From Phoronis australis (lineage: Eukaryota; Animalia; Phoronida): a stretch of 64,000 bases of DNA. Below are positions 1 through 12,800 of this stretch, one piece after another. Numbering within the stretch: position 1 is the stretch's first letter; each line of letters starts with the position of its first letter. Location of the stretch: contig NMRA01000899.1 in NCBI GenBank assembly GCA_002633005.1, forward strand, positions 14,774-78,773, in the 5' to 3' direction. The position numbers and the translations under genes were made by a program. The notes under the pieces are model-generated. The model made no database searches. It saw only the letters and a list, made by a program, of their open reading frames with translations, and was not told where the DNA came from.

Positions 1-3000
1 AGTCCAACTGAAAAAAACCCGAACTGTTAACAATAATTTAGCATTCAACTATGAGTGAGTTGGCATGCAACTTTTTCAGACGGACTTATCAGGAACTGAT
101 CCACCACCAGCCTAACANAATAATTAGATCAGTTGCTGCAACTGAAAATAAATCAGCTGATATACCAGTGCAGTGATTGAAATTTAATTTTTTTTTAAAT
201 CAGATGCTCAAACCATAGTCAATTGATTTACACTTATGGTAATCGACGTTTGACGAAATGGACAGTGGCTTCCATCGTCCTCAAATTTCGACGGCGACGA
301 TGGCCACTTAGGCACTTTAATTTAGTTATCATTGCAGCTTCCTAAGTAATTAATGTTTACAAAAAATTGAGACTACGGCAGGGGATGAAGGCCACTTGGG
401 CATGTTGTTTGCAACCATCTACTCCATTTAACCTTCTCAAAAAGTTTTGACTTAAAGTGCTTTAAAATCACACCCACAGTATAACGCCATAGGATTATCC
501 CTTAGCGCAAGCAGTGTCGATGTGGCAACTGAATGGAGTGTTCGAAAAACAGGATTGCATGAGTATTTGTTTAAACAGGGAACAAATGAAAACATTAACG
601 ACCTCCTCAGAGGCATCTCTCTACGCGGTACTTCTAAACTTATAGGAACATAATTTGCCGAAAAGTATCCAGCATATGGAGTACCTATGGTATGATCAAC
701 ATCACTACTGGGTCAGCAGTATTTTCTAAGGCCTAGGCAGCCAAGGGGCTGAACAAGTTAAAAACCAACTGGTGATTATACTGAAACACTCATGGAAAAC
801 ACCAAGATGTATTTTTCAAAAACACGTATCTGTTTTTGAAAGCTATACTTCTTTCTCTTTCTTGAAATGTGGCCCATAATATACTTTTCCTGCTAACGAA
901 TGATCCACTCATGTTTCAGAATGTTCCTATCTTGTTCAGGTTAATTGGGTGTTTCAGTGTTTGGAAGTATAATTGATTTTCATGGGAAATCTTGGATAAC
1001 ATCTGTATCACTTTCAGCAACTTCAGCTTTCGTACTACTGTTGGTGCCTTGAAACGTTGCTATGCCGTTCTTTGTCCTTTCAATTTTTTGGTCTGACACT
1101 TGGTCTTCTAGTCTACAGCACTCAGCAGTATACTGTGTAGGCTACCAGGACATGCAGCTGTTTTCTGCACAAACGTTTGTGACACCTCTTCTTCTTTTTG
1201 ATCTACTGATCTACGGAGTTCCACAGTCAATCACTTTTCGTCAGGAAGCTTTCCTAAGCTTCTTTAGGTTCTGACATCACAATTTTGTGCTGGTTGATAA
1301 ACCTTGAATTATACAGGCACCACACTCCATGGGAGCAGCCATATTGAAGTAACTAAGCACAACAATACAATCTGGCTCTCTGATTGGTCAATTCAATAGA
1401 AAAGCGCCATCAAGTGGCAGGAATGTGCATCATATTTTGTGCAACAAAAACACCTTTTTTAAAAAAAAATGTGCAAGTGTAGACGTGGGAACTTTTTGGA
1501 ATTTGATTTATAGGTATATTATCTAGCCACATAGAAAAAACTAGGTTGCCCCCCCCAAAGTACTCACAAGGATGAACGCTATGAGATCTGGCCCACCGAC
1601 TATATGCTGTGTGCGGCCTTTCACTTTCACTTGCCTCGTTTCTGGTTCAGTGTTGTCATCGGGCTTTCCACAGTGGACGGCGAGTGCTGTTCTAATAGGA
1701 TTTTAAAGAGGCTCCTATGTTCAGCTTTAACGATGGTGTGAAGAACGTCTTGACTGCTGTGGATGCAGAGTAGGCCTACTTTTTGGAAACTACTAGGCTG
1801 AGATTTTAAATCTTGTTTAGGCGTGTACCAACTTCAAAATTGATTATTTCTGAAGTATCGGCAAGTACTGTATTATTTGTAAATATACAGTATAACTATA
1901 TCCAGCTGTAGTTTTCCACGAAGAAGTTAATTCAGACCGACGTATTGTCTCTGACTTGTTGAAAACATTCCTTGTCAAAAAACTGGGGATCGTTCCATGA
2001 TGATGTGTAAGTTAAAAAATTGCGTTAAGCTGAACTATGACATTTTTCGAGAACTAAGGACTAGACGCCTGCGGTCACCGAGTCATTAGAATAGCTGGTA
2101 ACGGACATACAAAACACGCAACGATTTTATATGGAATGGGCCCCAATATTCTTAGAAAAGGACAGTGATTTAACAGAATGATTTGAACTAGGTTTCAGTG
2201 AACGTGGATTGTATGGAACAAAAACTGCCAACGTCGCAGTCAACAATGTTGATATGAGCATTTAATGAAGAGCATATTAAAAGGATTAATTTGCCAAACT
2301 CCCTTATCTGGGAGCTGCAACACAAAAATGGTGCCTCATGAGACACGTGATTTCACGTCAATTAATAATACAATTTTTGTGCTTAATTATATGTACTTCG
2401 AACTAACGACCAATGACCAAATAGCAATTTTAATTCACATTTTATCATAAAGATAGTAGAAAGAGAAAGTGCATGTTTTTATAGTCTGAAAGGCCGAAAG
2501 TCAGCTTTTTTGGACTATTGCCCCTTTAAACTATCGACTTAGACCAGGTTTGAGCAAAATGATTGTGTCACTTCAGAGTACAAAATATTTTCTATTTCCC
2601 CAGCTAGGCATCCCATTTTACGTATATACGTCACGGTTTGACTTGTTGTAACCGCCACTATTTCAGACAGGTTTGATATCATGGGAACAATGATATTTCT
2701 TTTGTTACTATGCAGCCCCTTTTCTAAGCTAATGGGTCGCCCTTCTAAAAGGCGATATTTTGCTGTTGCTTTGGCAAAATCTGTTAACCTACAGGCAAAT
2801 AAATGCGTGCTTTTATTTCATACCACCACAATGTCTTTAAGAAGTTGTCATTCGTAACTAAGGTGGTAGACATCCGCCGGCACCACAAACTTCGGTTTTT
2901 CTCATTTTGTGTGGAGCAGGTCAATTACTGCATTACCGATGACTCCAAGGCAATAAAACACTGGGCGAAATAAACCAAACTATCGTGGACTAAAACTGGT

Positions 3001-3453
3001 GTTTTTTCTATCAAATTGGCTTTGAAAATTGAATTCTCTTGAAAAAAATTTTTATTGTCGTTCGTTCCCGAAGAAATACGATAAATGTTTGCCAAATGCG
3101 AAGTCTTTGTTGTTCTTACCAAAGCAAGTGTGTTTACTGTAATGTTGGATACACTATTGGTTTATGAGCGTCAACAAAAGATTGCAAAATAGCTTTAAAA
3201 AAAACTTGTTACCTGATCCAGGAAACTCCTTTCGTGTGGAGTTGAAACTGTACGCTTTACATTTTTTACTACACCATAAAACAACCCATGTTGAAAAACC
3301 ATGGAAAGTTCATAGCGACACATCTATAAAGTCGACCTGACACATTTGATAGAATTTCATTCACACAATCCCAGAAAGAAGGCGTTAAGTGTGTCCACGG
3401 TTTCCATCCGCGTGACAAATGCCATGCAAACTAATGAAATATGACGTCGCTTT

Positions 3454-3613
3454 CGTAAAATGTAACATTTCTCGCATGTGTATTTGACGTAAATAGTATC
3501 AATTTCATAAAATGTAACAACTTGTTACATTTTAGGAGAGGGCTAGCAACGTAAAATGGTAAAAATGTAACAATTGTTACATTTTACGAAATTGTTACAT
3601 TTTACGGCGTATC
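3454..3613. repeat. Cluster of direct and inverted GTAAAATGTAACA / TGTTACATTTTAC motifs, probably a DNA-transposon end
   Basis: About six copies in both orientations, ending TTTTACGGCGTATCA. Confidence 0.6.
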
Positions 3614-4258
3614 AGATCATGCACATTTGCAGGAACTCATTCACTCATTTGCATACACACGACTACATTGGCAGTCAGCGGCTTAGATATCATAGAGGTT
3701 GGCTAAGCGCATAGCGGGCAGTCATCTTGTTGAATCAGAGCCGATCGTTCGAGTTTCAAAAGTTCTGGTCCTGTGTGTCATTGCTGTAAAACAAGTGGTC
3801 ACTTTATAGCTAGTTGTCCTAAGCTAAAGAAGAAAAAATAGTATGCTGTGACTGTTTCTCAGTCCAACATTAATGCACAGTTGAAGAAATCTGTTAATCA
3901 GAATCCGTTGTCACCTGAGGTTGGTATTCGCCCCAATATTGATGATTTAGCTCAGAATTGTGTAGGCCTATTACGGACAATGCCAACAACAGGTTAACTA
4001 TCTTTAGGTGGATCAGAGAGTCAACTTGCAAATAAAATGAGTAATATGTGCACAGAGACTTGGGACATTTTCAGCTAGACACAACATGCAACGCCATTCT
4101 ACTGAGCAAATACATTTGTAGCTCAGTCCACTCCTATCATAACGTCACACGTTCGGATACTAAACATACATCACTGTCAGAATTTATACTGACACTGTTC
4201 TTAGTTTTATAATTTTATTCTATTCTTCTGTTTGTCTTATTGATTGGCAAGACTCCTA

Positions 4259-5429
4259 CAGCGGATTTCATAAAGGTGGTTTAAAGTTAAACCAGGTTTA
4301 AACTGGACTTAGACCAGGTTTAGTGATAATCTGCATTTCATAAAGGTGGTTTAACTTTTAGACCAGTGGTCTTGTAAAACCTGGTCTAACTCCAGTTTAG
4401 ACCTGGTCTAAGTCAGTTTTCATTTCACCAACGAGGTCTATATTATTTAGACCTGTATTAAGATCTTAAACCATGTTTAACTTTAGACTTGGTCAGACCC
4501 AGGTTTAACTGTTAAATATGTCAGACTTGCATGGTATAGGTACAACTGAACGATGCCGCGGTGTGCAATTGCGACGCAGTTTTAGAGAGAAAATGGACTA
4601 TTTTCATTATTCAAGTTTACTACGACACGAGATCAAACGTAGCATGGGCGGATCCAGGATTTTTTAAAGGAGAGGGGACGGTCAAGGACTTTTTGAAAGG
4701 GGGGTCCAAGTCAACAATTTGAAAATTGTAGATTTGATATTATTAAAATCAAGGGAAAAAGGGGACTCCAGACCTCTTGACCCCCCTGGATCCGCTTATG
4801 CGTAGACCAGTACGTGCTGGAGTGTGTCCTGCGAATTCCTCAGAATACGACTGATCGAGCAGGTCTCATCATCGCAAGCCCTACGGATTTGACTTAAGAC
4901 AGCATCCTCTGATTCTTCTGATTGAGTTTCACGTCCACTGTTCTCCTATTCAATGTTGCCGAGAAAGGGTCTTGCCCCCTCTTTGGCCGCGAAAAATAAA
5001 AACTAAAATGACACGGAAATAAATTTGGGCATTTATCATGTTACATCTAATCGTGAGCATGTCCTTTAATGTGTGTGTGTTGGGCACACAAATTACATTT
5101 TTCCTCATGAGAAAAGCTTTTAGACTTTGTCGTAAATGTCTGCACTGATTCTACTGGTGTATGCCATTCTATACCCACGTGATCAAGGTTTCATTGAAGC
5201 ACTTCAATAGTTTCTTTGTTGGGTTTACCCAGCTCGACACAGTGGGGTGCCTTTGATACTTTAAACCTGGTTCTACTGAACCAGCTCCCTGGTCTAGCAA
5301 AACCAGGCTTTCAGACTCTTAAACCATGTTGGTGAAATGCAAGTTAGGTCTAAAATTAGACCAGGTTTAGGAAGACCAGGTTTAAGTCTTAAACCTGGTT
5401 TTGTTAAACCACCTTTATGAAATCGGCTG
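4259..5429. mobile_element. PIF/Harbinger-like non-autonomous element
   Basis: TIR CAGC(G/C)GATTTCATAAAGGTGGTTTAA at both ends, 3-bp TSD CTA, and subterminal AGACCAGGTTTA/TAAACCTGGT repeats. Confidence 0.85.
4643..4800. mobile_element. MITE with 5-bp TSD
   Basis: CATGGGCGGATCCAGG...CCTGGATCCGCTTATG, flanked by CGTAG/CGTAG. Confidence 0.8.
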
Positions 5430-6891
5430 CTAGAGTTCAGCACAGTGATGATGTAATTTGTTTACTACAAAATAGCGCGGAACTTTCTTGAAGACCCTAG
5501 CATGTGAGTGTCTAATGTAATCTGGAGTATTCTAGAGACCAGTATATGTTTGTAAAACGATTGGGTAGATTCCGAAAAGTTCTAGAATGAGCTTGAATTG
5601 ATGAAAAGTTCTAGAACATTGCATGAGACTGTGAATGCCCAGGCACGGGTTTCTGATAGTGAATTAACAGAAAAACAGTTGAGGGGATTACAGTTAAATT
5701 GCACTGGAGAAAATCAACAGTTACAGCGATAGTCAACAGAGAGCCAGCTATAGAGACAGAAGGTTACTTGAATCACCGAGTGTAACAGTTGCTGGACGTG
5801 TCTCAGAAGTTCATCACAAGTCAAGGCTTTGCAGCACTAGCTGGAGCGTAGAGCAGGTATTACGTCGGACGTTTTGTTTGAGAAGGCTTGTGAACATACG
5901 CTCGAGATAAATAAAATGATTAACTCTGATTAACTCGAACCAGTGTTCAGTCTATCGTCGCACCGAAAGCTATTAACACCGGTTGGTAACAACTTGCGCC
6001 CATCCACAAACGGGGAAAAACGTGACAATCACGTTGAGTATAACCGCCGACTCATGAAGATCGAAAATAATACGATTTTCAGTTAACCAATTTACCATTT
6101 TGCGGTTATGTCTAATGAATTTTGCTTCTCCATGTTGCATTTCACTGACTTCTAAAGGATGCCAAATTTATTTTGGGAGAAACTGGAAGCCTCTCCTTCT
6201 TTGATCACTAGAAAAACTGGCAGAGCAATAGAACAGTCTCACTTCCCGTCAAAGTAAAATGGTTGTCGTATGAAAAATTTGCCATCGTACATGTAGCTAT
6301 TGTTGAATTACCTGTTGCGTGTAAATTTCATGTCTATCGGTTGAGGGAATGGCGTGAAAGATGCAAAACCATGATGCTCTTGAATCGTAACACGGCAACT
6401 GTACTGAAGCCTGGGAATCGCACCAGTACCTGAACTGTGTCATCACTAACTCTCGAGAACAAAACGTCTGAGCGCCTAATGTAGAACTTACAAGATCCGT
6501 CCACATAACAAATTTCAAGAAAATTCGACAAAGGACACCGAGTCGAATTTCACAATTCAATCAATAAAAGAGCAAATCGTGAACGGTAAACTGTAGCAAG
6601 TAACGGATGTCACACTTCACATCGCGCCAGACGAGATCGAGCTACATATCACATTTCAGAAGAGCACTTCAAGGGACTACGGAGCTAGAACTATGCAAAG
6701 CAAAAATTTGGAAACTGTTCCGTTGTCTTGCCCCCATCTTGTACCCGTTTCCTACCACAGACGAAAGGCATCGAGCTATTAAGGAGAAGCATTTTGAGGA
6801 AAATGTGCTCGCGGCATGTCTGAGCGGTCCGACTTTTGAAATGATCAATATGTTTGTCTAGTTTATTGAGGATATCACATTTGTTTTGCAG

Positions 6892-9800
6892 ACCCTCCAA
6901 CGTCTCTGTCCACCTTGTGATTTGGAGGAATTTGCAGCCGGAAGGCTTCTCCAGAATGCGAACAAGAATCGATTTCCGCAAATTTTGCCTCGTGAGTTAT
7001 TTAATGTTGAAAAGTAATTAAAAATACTTTGCTGGTTTGCAGCTGGAAATTGTAGTTCTTTAAATTGAAGTGGGTACAGCAAAATTACCTACTATCTTTT
7101 TTTGTAAGAAATCCGAAAACAAGGTACTTTACAGGTTAACATGTGTGCCAATGCTGCCGTCAGGCTGATGGTGTCCGACACACTGCGGACTGCAACGAGT
7201 ATATCTCCTTTTGACACTCCGGCGCTGTCTCAAGGATCTGATGAGATCGTTGCATACCTGTCCGGCTACGTTGTAATCTGGGAGTAGTATTGCATTGCAG
7301 ATCTACATTGTAATGCTACAAGAATTTTAGAAAGATTCCAACAACCTTCATTCATCAATAATTAGCTTACGGAGTTTCCTAAAGATTCCTCACTCAAGCC
7401 CCAGCTAGTGGTTGTCTCCGTGCAAAGTTTCAGCGGTGGTCATAACAACCTTTGAAGGTTCACCACCAAGCTCCGTACAGTAGCCTATGGCTCACTCAGT
7501 CGTCCGCTAATTCCGCTAGTTATGGTGCATAACGGCTCTGTCCGTCTTTTACATGTACTTCCAGACTTGTGTACCATTGTTCATGTCTGCTCCCTATTGC
7601 CATTATAGTTCCATTCTTTCTAATCTGTCGCCTCAATGGCTTTGTTATAGTCTTCTTCTCACACGAGAGGCGCGAAAAAGCAACTGCCGTACGAACTCCT
7701 CAACACCTCACTTCCATTGACCATTATCATACCCTCCAGCCTTTCCCTTGACAGTATGGCTTAGTGGTTTGAGCTCCGGGCTCTTGGCTCGTCTCGGAGA
7801 CCCTGGCTCGAATTCTGGCTTTACTGGCAGACAATCGAGCATAACAGAAATGTGTCTCCAATTCCTCGGTCTTACTAGTTAATATATGGAAGGGAGTGAA
7901 TGAGGTCCTGCTGCCAATACGCCTCGTTCTTTTTTCTGTGTGCCTACGCTGTTGACACGCATGCTATGACATTGATCTGCGCTTATACTGCAGTGTTTTG
8001 ATTACCAGGAACTCCTCGAATTTTTCATAGTCTCTAATTCTCCAACACGTTACTGTCTAATGTAAGTTTGCATCCCGCACATACTGGAGTATTTACAGAA
8101 ACGATGGCAACTTCCGCTGCTTCTTACGTTCCATCGCTGCAATTGCCTCAAATATTTGCTAAAGCCCTTCTCTCAACAATCCTTAAAATGATAGAAGCGC
8201 TTTTACAAGAAGCCAGCAAACCTGGATCATGCTTGTCTGTTACCACCATTGCACACGAATTCCTTGGGGGTAGTTAAAAGGTCAAACTGAGGTACTCTTG
8301 CCTCCGACACCCCTTCAGCCTACTTTACATCGTCCAGACGTCTTGCCATTACGCATTTAGTGTAGCTCTCTGTCAGGTAAGTCAGTTCTCTTGTTGCNCT
8401 GCTTCTGTTGCGTTGCTTTTCCCTACTCCGTCGCGTGCTACAGTTGCTACTTACTTTCTTCTTACATTTAATGCGCTCACCAGAAACTTGTAACTTATTT
8501 TTTTCAAAAGAATGTTGCAAAATGATGAATGTTTTGTTTGATTCTCATCGTCTTCTATTTTGTTTCTATTTCTGAACAATTCAATTATTCATGAATTTCA
8601 TCCGTATGGCCCCAAGAGTCCTAGGAACACCGGATGTAACTTTTTCGAAAATTTACTTTCCCATGAGCATGTTATTGAGTCCAGAATCTTAAACTGTGAT
8701 TATTGATGGTGGAACCGTGACTCAGCCAATTAGGGAAACAAGTGTCTAACTTTGACCCTTGGATTTTGCACTTGCGATTCTTCCCATGGGAGTCCATTGA
8801 CACTGCAACTGTTGCAGTCATGCCAAGATCATACTGCTATTGATACACGACCTGCTATATCTCGTGTGATCTTGAGAATTTTCGCTTTTTATTGAGGTTC
8901 TATCGTTACTGAACTCTACCCTGTTCTCTCTTAGTTGGTCGTGCACGTGCATACCTATTGACCCCAGGTGAACAAGGGTCGACTGACTACATCAACGCCA
9001 TATTTGTGAATGTAAGTAAGAAGTCTTAGAATGTTGGAATCTCTTTAATTTTAAAGTTCGACTGGGGTCTGATTCTCTTCATCACTGGAATGGTTTTTAA
9101 ATTGCTAATAATCACTTACTCGACGTGAACATTAGGGTTACGAATCGACTTGTCTGAACATTATGTAGCGCTCGTTATGTTAGTGGATGTATACTAGTAA
9201 ATTTCAAAAAGGGGGCTGTATTGTTATCTGCTTAGAGAATCTGGAATATGCGACTGATGTTTTCTCAATGGTAAAGGGTTTGAATACATCTTGCACAGGC
9301 TAAATGATTTCTGTGCAGTGACGCAGTGTTTTGTATTTATCTATTGAAACCAACATCTTTCTGGATACTGGATGTTATAGGGTTTTCAACATCGAGACAC
9401 GTTCATAGTCACCCAAATGCCTTTGCCGAATACTGTATTTGATTTCTGGAGAATGGTACACGACCACGACAGTAGCACCATTGTCATGTTGAACGCTAAT
9501 GATGGTGATGATAAGGTAAGGGCATGTGCTGGGTAGTATTGTGTGAGTACCGCTGGCTGCATTTTGTTTGGATGGTACTTCCGGTAAAACTCTCATGGTT
9601 GCCATGGGATACGTTTGTGAATGGACTCAGTTGCATGCCAGAAGTACATCGTATAAGTGAATATGACGAGTGTACTTTAGTTAATTGTGTTTGTCATTTC
9701 ACCCGAAATATTTTTCTTTTTCTATCTTATCTTTTTTATTTACCCAGTGGGACATAACATGGTGTTTACTTGGATTACACAGCATATTCTCATTTCAAAT

Positions 9801-12800
9801 AGTCTATCTAGTCGCAATATGTGTTCGTAAGCTATGGCATGGAACTTGAAATGTATAGTTAAACAAATTTAGGCGAGTGAAAATGAGCTACTTGAAGCAA
9901 TCTACAGTGGTTCGAATGAGTTCGAGGGTACTAAAAGACATACAGTTATAAATCAGGATGTGATTAACAATGACCAGAATGAAATAGACGGGAACAACTT
10001 AAATTTGTGAAACGATGATAATCAAAAATGGTTTCCAAAAACATGGATGCTCTTTGTAGAATAACGAATGTGGTGTGTGTGTGAAGAACAAACCAATCTA
10101 TGGCTAAACATTTGTATTAAGCAGGAAGTTACATAGAGCCAACTGGCGTGTGGAGATGACAACGTAGGAATCAAATATTCACATGGTTTCCAGGAGTGCA
10201 GAACTACCAGCCTGCCATCTAAATGCTATCAATGATTTTCCAGCTCTCTATAATCTTTATCAGTGGAGCTGATAGAGTTGAACAGTAAATTATCGAAGAA
10301 GTAAGCTTTAAGCCTTGACAGGGAGCTACGGGAACAAAAAAAATAATCGACTTGCCGAGCTAAGGCAAAATAAGTTAAGAGATCTTATGTCTAGGTCGAG
10401 AGCAAGATGGATTGAAGAGGGTGAAAAGCCTTCCAAATATTATCTTCACTTGGAAAATAGGCATTACACAATTAAGGTTTTGCCTTTTTGGTGGAAGTCT
10501 GACAATATTAAATCCAATAGTGAAGAAGAGGTTATTAGGGAAACCAAAACTACTTATGAAAATCTATACAAATATAGACAGTCTAACAATACTGCATTAG
10601 AAACTCTTCTTGATAAGGTTTGTGTCTCCAAAAAGAACGAGACAGAAAAGGAAAAGTTAGAAGGTCTTCTAAGAAGTCACACGATGCTTGAAAAAATGAA
10701 AAACAACAAGAGCCCAGGTTCTGGTGTTTTTTCAGTAGAATTTTGGAATTTTTTCTGGGCTGACATTGGACATTTCGTTGTTCGCTCACTTAATACTGGT
10801 TTTGTTGTTGGCCAGTTATCATCAACACACAAAGAGGGAGTTATCACCTAAGGGAGCAGATAAAAGTAAACATTATTTGAAAAACTGGAGACCCATATCC
10901 TAACTCAATGTGACATATAAATTGGCTTCTTCGGCTGTGGCTGAACGGTTAAAATCCGTTTTAGGAAAAGTAATCAGTAAGGACCAGACAGGTTTCGTTT
11001 CTGGAAGAAATATGAACGAAAACATCCGCGTGCTGTATGATTTAATGTTTTATGCCAACGCAGCTAACAAACCTGGATTGCTTTTACTGATTGATTTTGA
11101 AAGAGTGTTCGATTCATTGTCGTGGAATTTTATTGAAAAAAACGTTATCTTTCCATGATTTTGGTTGGTCGATCAGAAGGTGGGTGAAAGTCTTTTACAG
11201 TAATATTAAGTCATGTGTTGTCGTAAATGGTCACCCATGTTCCTGGTTCATTATTTCACGTGGCTGCAGACAATGTGACCCTTTTGTCTCCCTACATTTT
11301 TAAATTGTGCGCGGAGATTTTGGCGTATTTAATCAAGAATAATAACGATATTGCTGGTGTATTTGCAGGAAATAATGAATGATTGATTTCACAATATGCG
11401 GACGACACATAAAACTGCATTGGATGGGTCGAATTTGTCATTGACTAGCACATTGAATGTATTAACATTTGTTTGCTACTGTCTCCGGTCTCCAAGTGAA
11501 TGTGGATAAAACAAAAGCTATATGGTTTGGAAGTAAAACTGGTAATGATGGCGTGATTCCTACAAAAGAAAGTCTGTCTTGGACAAAAAAATCTTTTAGA
11601 TTTTGGGGGTGGATTTTGACACTCAATTGGATATTATGACGCATAAGAACTTCACTGCAAGTATAACTAAGATCAAGTCTTCATTGAAAAGTTGGAGTTG
11701 ACGAAATTTAAACGCCGTTTGGTAGAGTAAAGGTAATTAAAACATTAGCTATTTCTAAACTTGTTATTTTTTTGTTGTCAAGTTTACCAAATCAACCAGT
11801 AAAAGTCTAACATGAATTGAATATGACATTTTTAGATTTGTATGGCAGACTCGTTATGATAAAATTAAACAAACTACGGCCTGTTTAGGACTAAATCAAG
11901 GGGGAATTCAAATGGTCAATATGCATACCTTCAACAAAGCTTTAAAACTCGCAATGGTCCGTAGATATCTTGAAAGCCCTGCGTCTAAAAGTGGTGAATT
12001 ACTGTACACACTGTACCCGTTCTTAAAGAATTTTGCTTCATTTGGAGATGACTTTATTAAGTTGAAGTTAACTCTAATTGATAATTCCTATTGGCGCAAC
12101 GTATTTGGAAGTATGACATCTTCCTACAAGAAAATAATTGTTGCGAGTAAAGACGAAATTTTGAATCAACCTTTGTGGTTTAATAGTAACTTGGCGATCG
12201 GAGACACAGGTGTTTTTTGGTTTGTAAAAGGCTTAAGATTTATTTGAGATACGTATACCTCTGATGGTGATTTTGTTAGTTTGAATCATGTGAAAAATAG
12301 TTTCGATGTGAAAACCCACTTTGTAGAATATAATGGTGTTGTTTCTGTTCTAAGAAGTTTCAAAAAAATCTTTTCCAAAGTAAATTTAAAAGTGTTAATG
12401 TCTACTCTCCTTGCATGCCTTTAGCAATTACTCACTTACTGTACTGTTATTCTTGGACTTTATTTATTTAACATTTTGCTTCTACTAGCCAGACAGTACA
12501 CTTACAAGGAGAGATGTCACAAAAATATACCTAATTTTCACAAGTTCGTTACATGTACCTATGAGTACTCTAATGCTGAAAAATTAATTGCATATAAAAA
12601 CTTTGTATGTGACAGCTTCTCTGCGAAATGGGACAATTTCATTGTTCACGTTAACTACATGTAGAAGTTGGTTACTTTAATACGATATACGAGAATGGTC
12701 TCTTCTGAGGTGTGCATGCGTGAATAAATGGATGTACTTATTTGTTTGTTTGTTTTTGTGCTTGTTTATAAATGATAATAAACACGTAAAACATCCAGTA

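Larger units (their letters stand above)
4175..6027 (+). mobile_element. Solo LTR (~680 bp net) interrupted by nested DNA transposons
   Basis: TGTCA...TGACA termini with a 5-bp direct repeat ATCAC (4170-4174, 6028-6032) and AATAAA near 5910. No internal gag-pol sequence. Confidence 0.7.

Noticed and set aside
590-700. Possible pogo/pipsqueak HTH remnant (GISLR..YGVP)
   Set aside because: Too short and interrupted to support a call.
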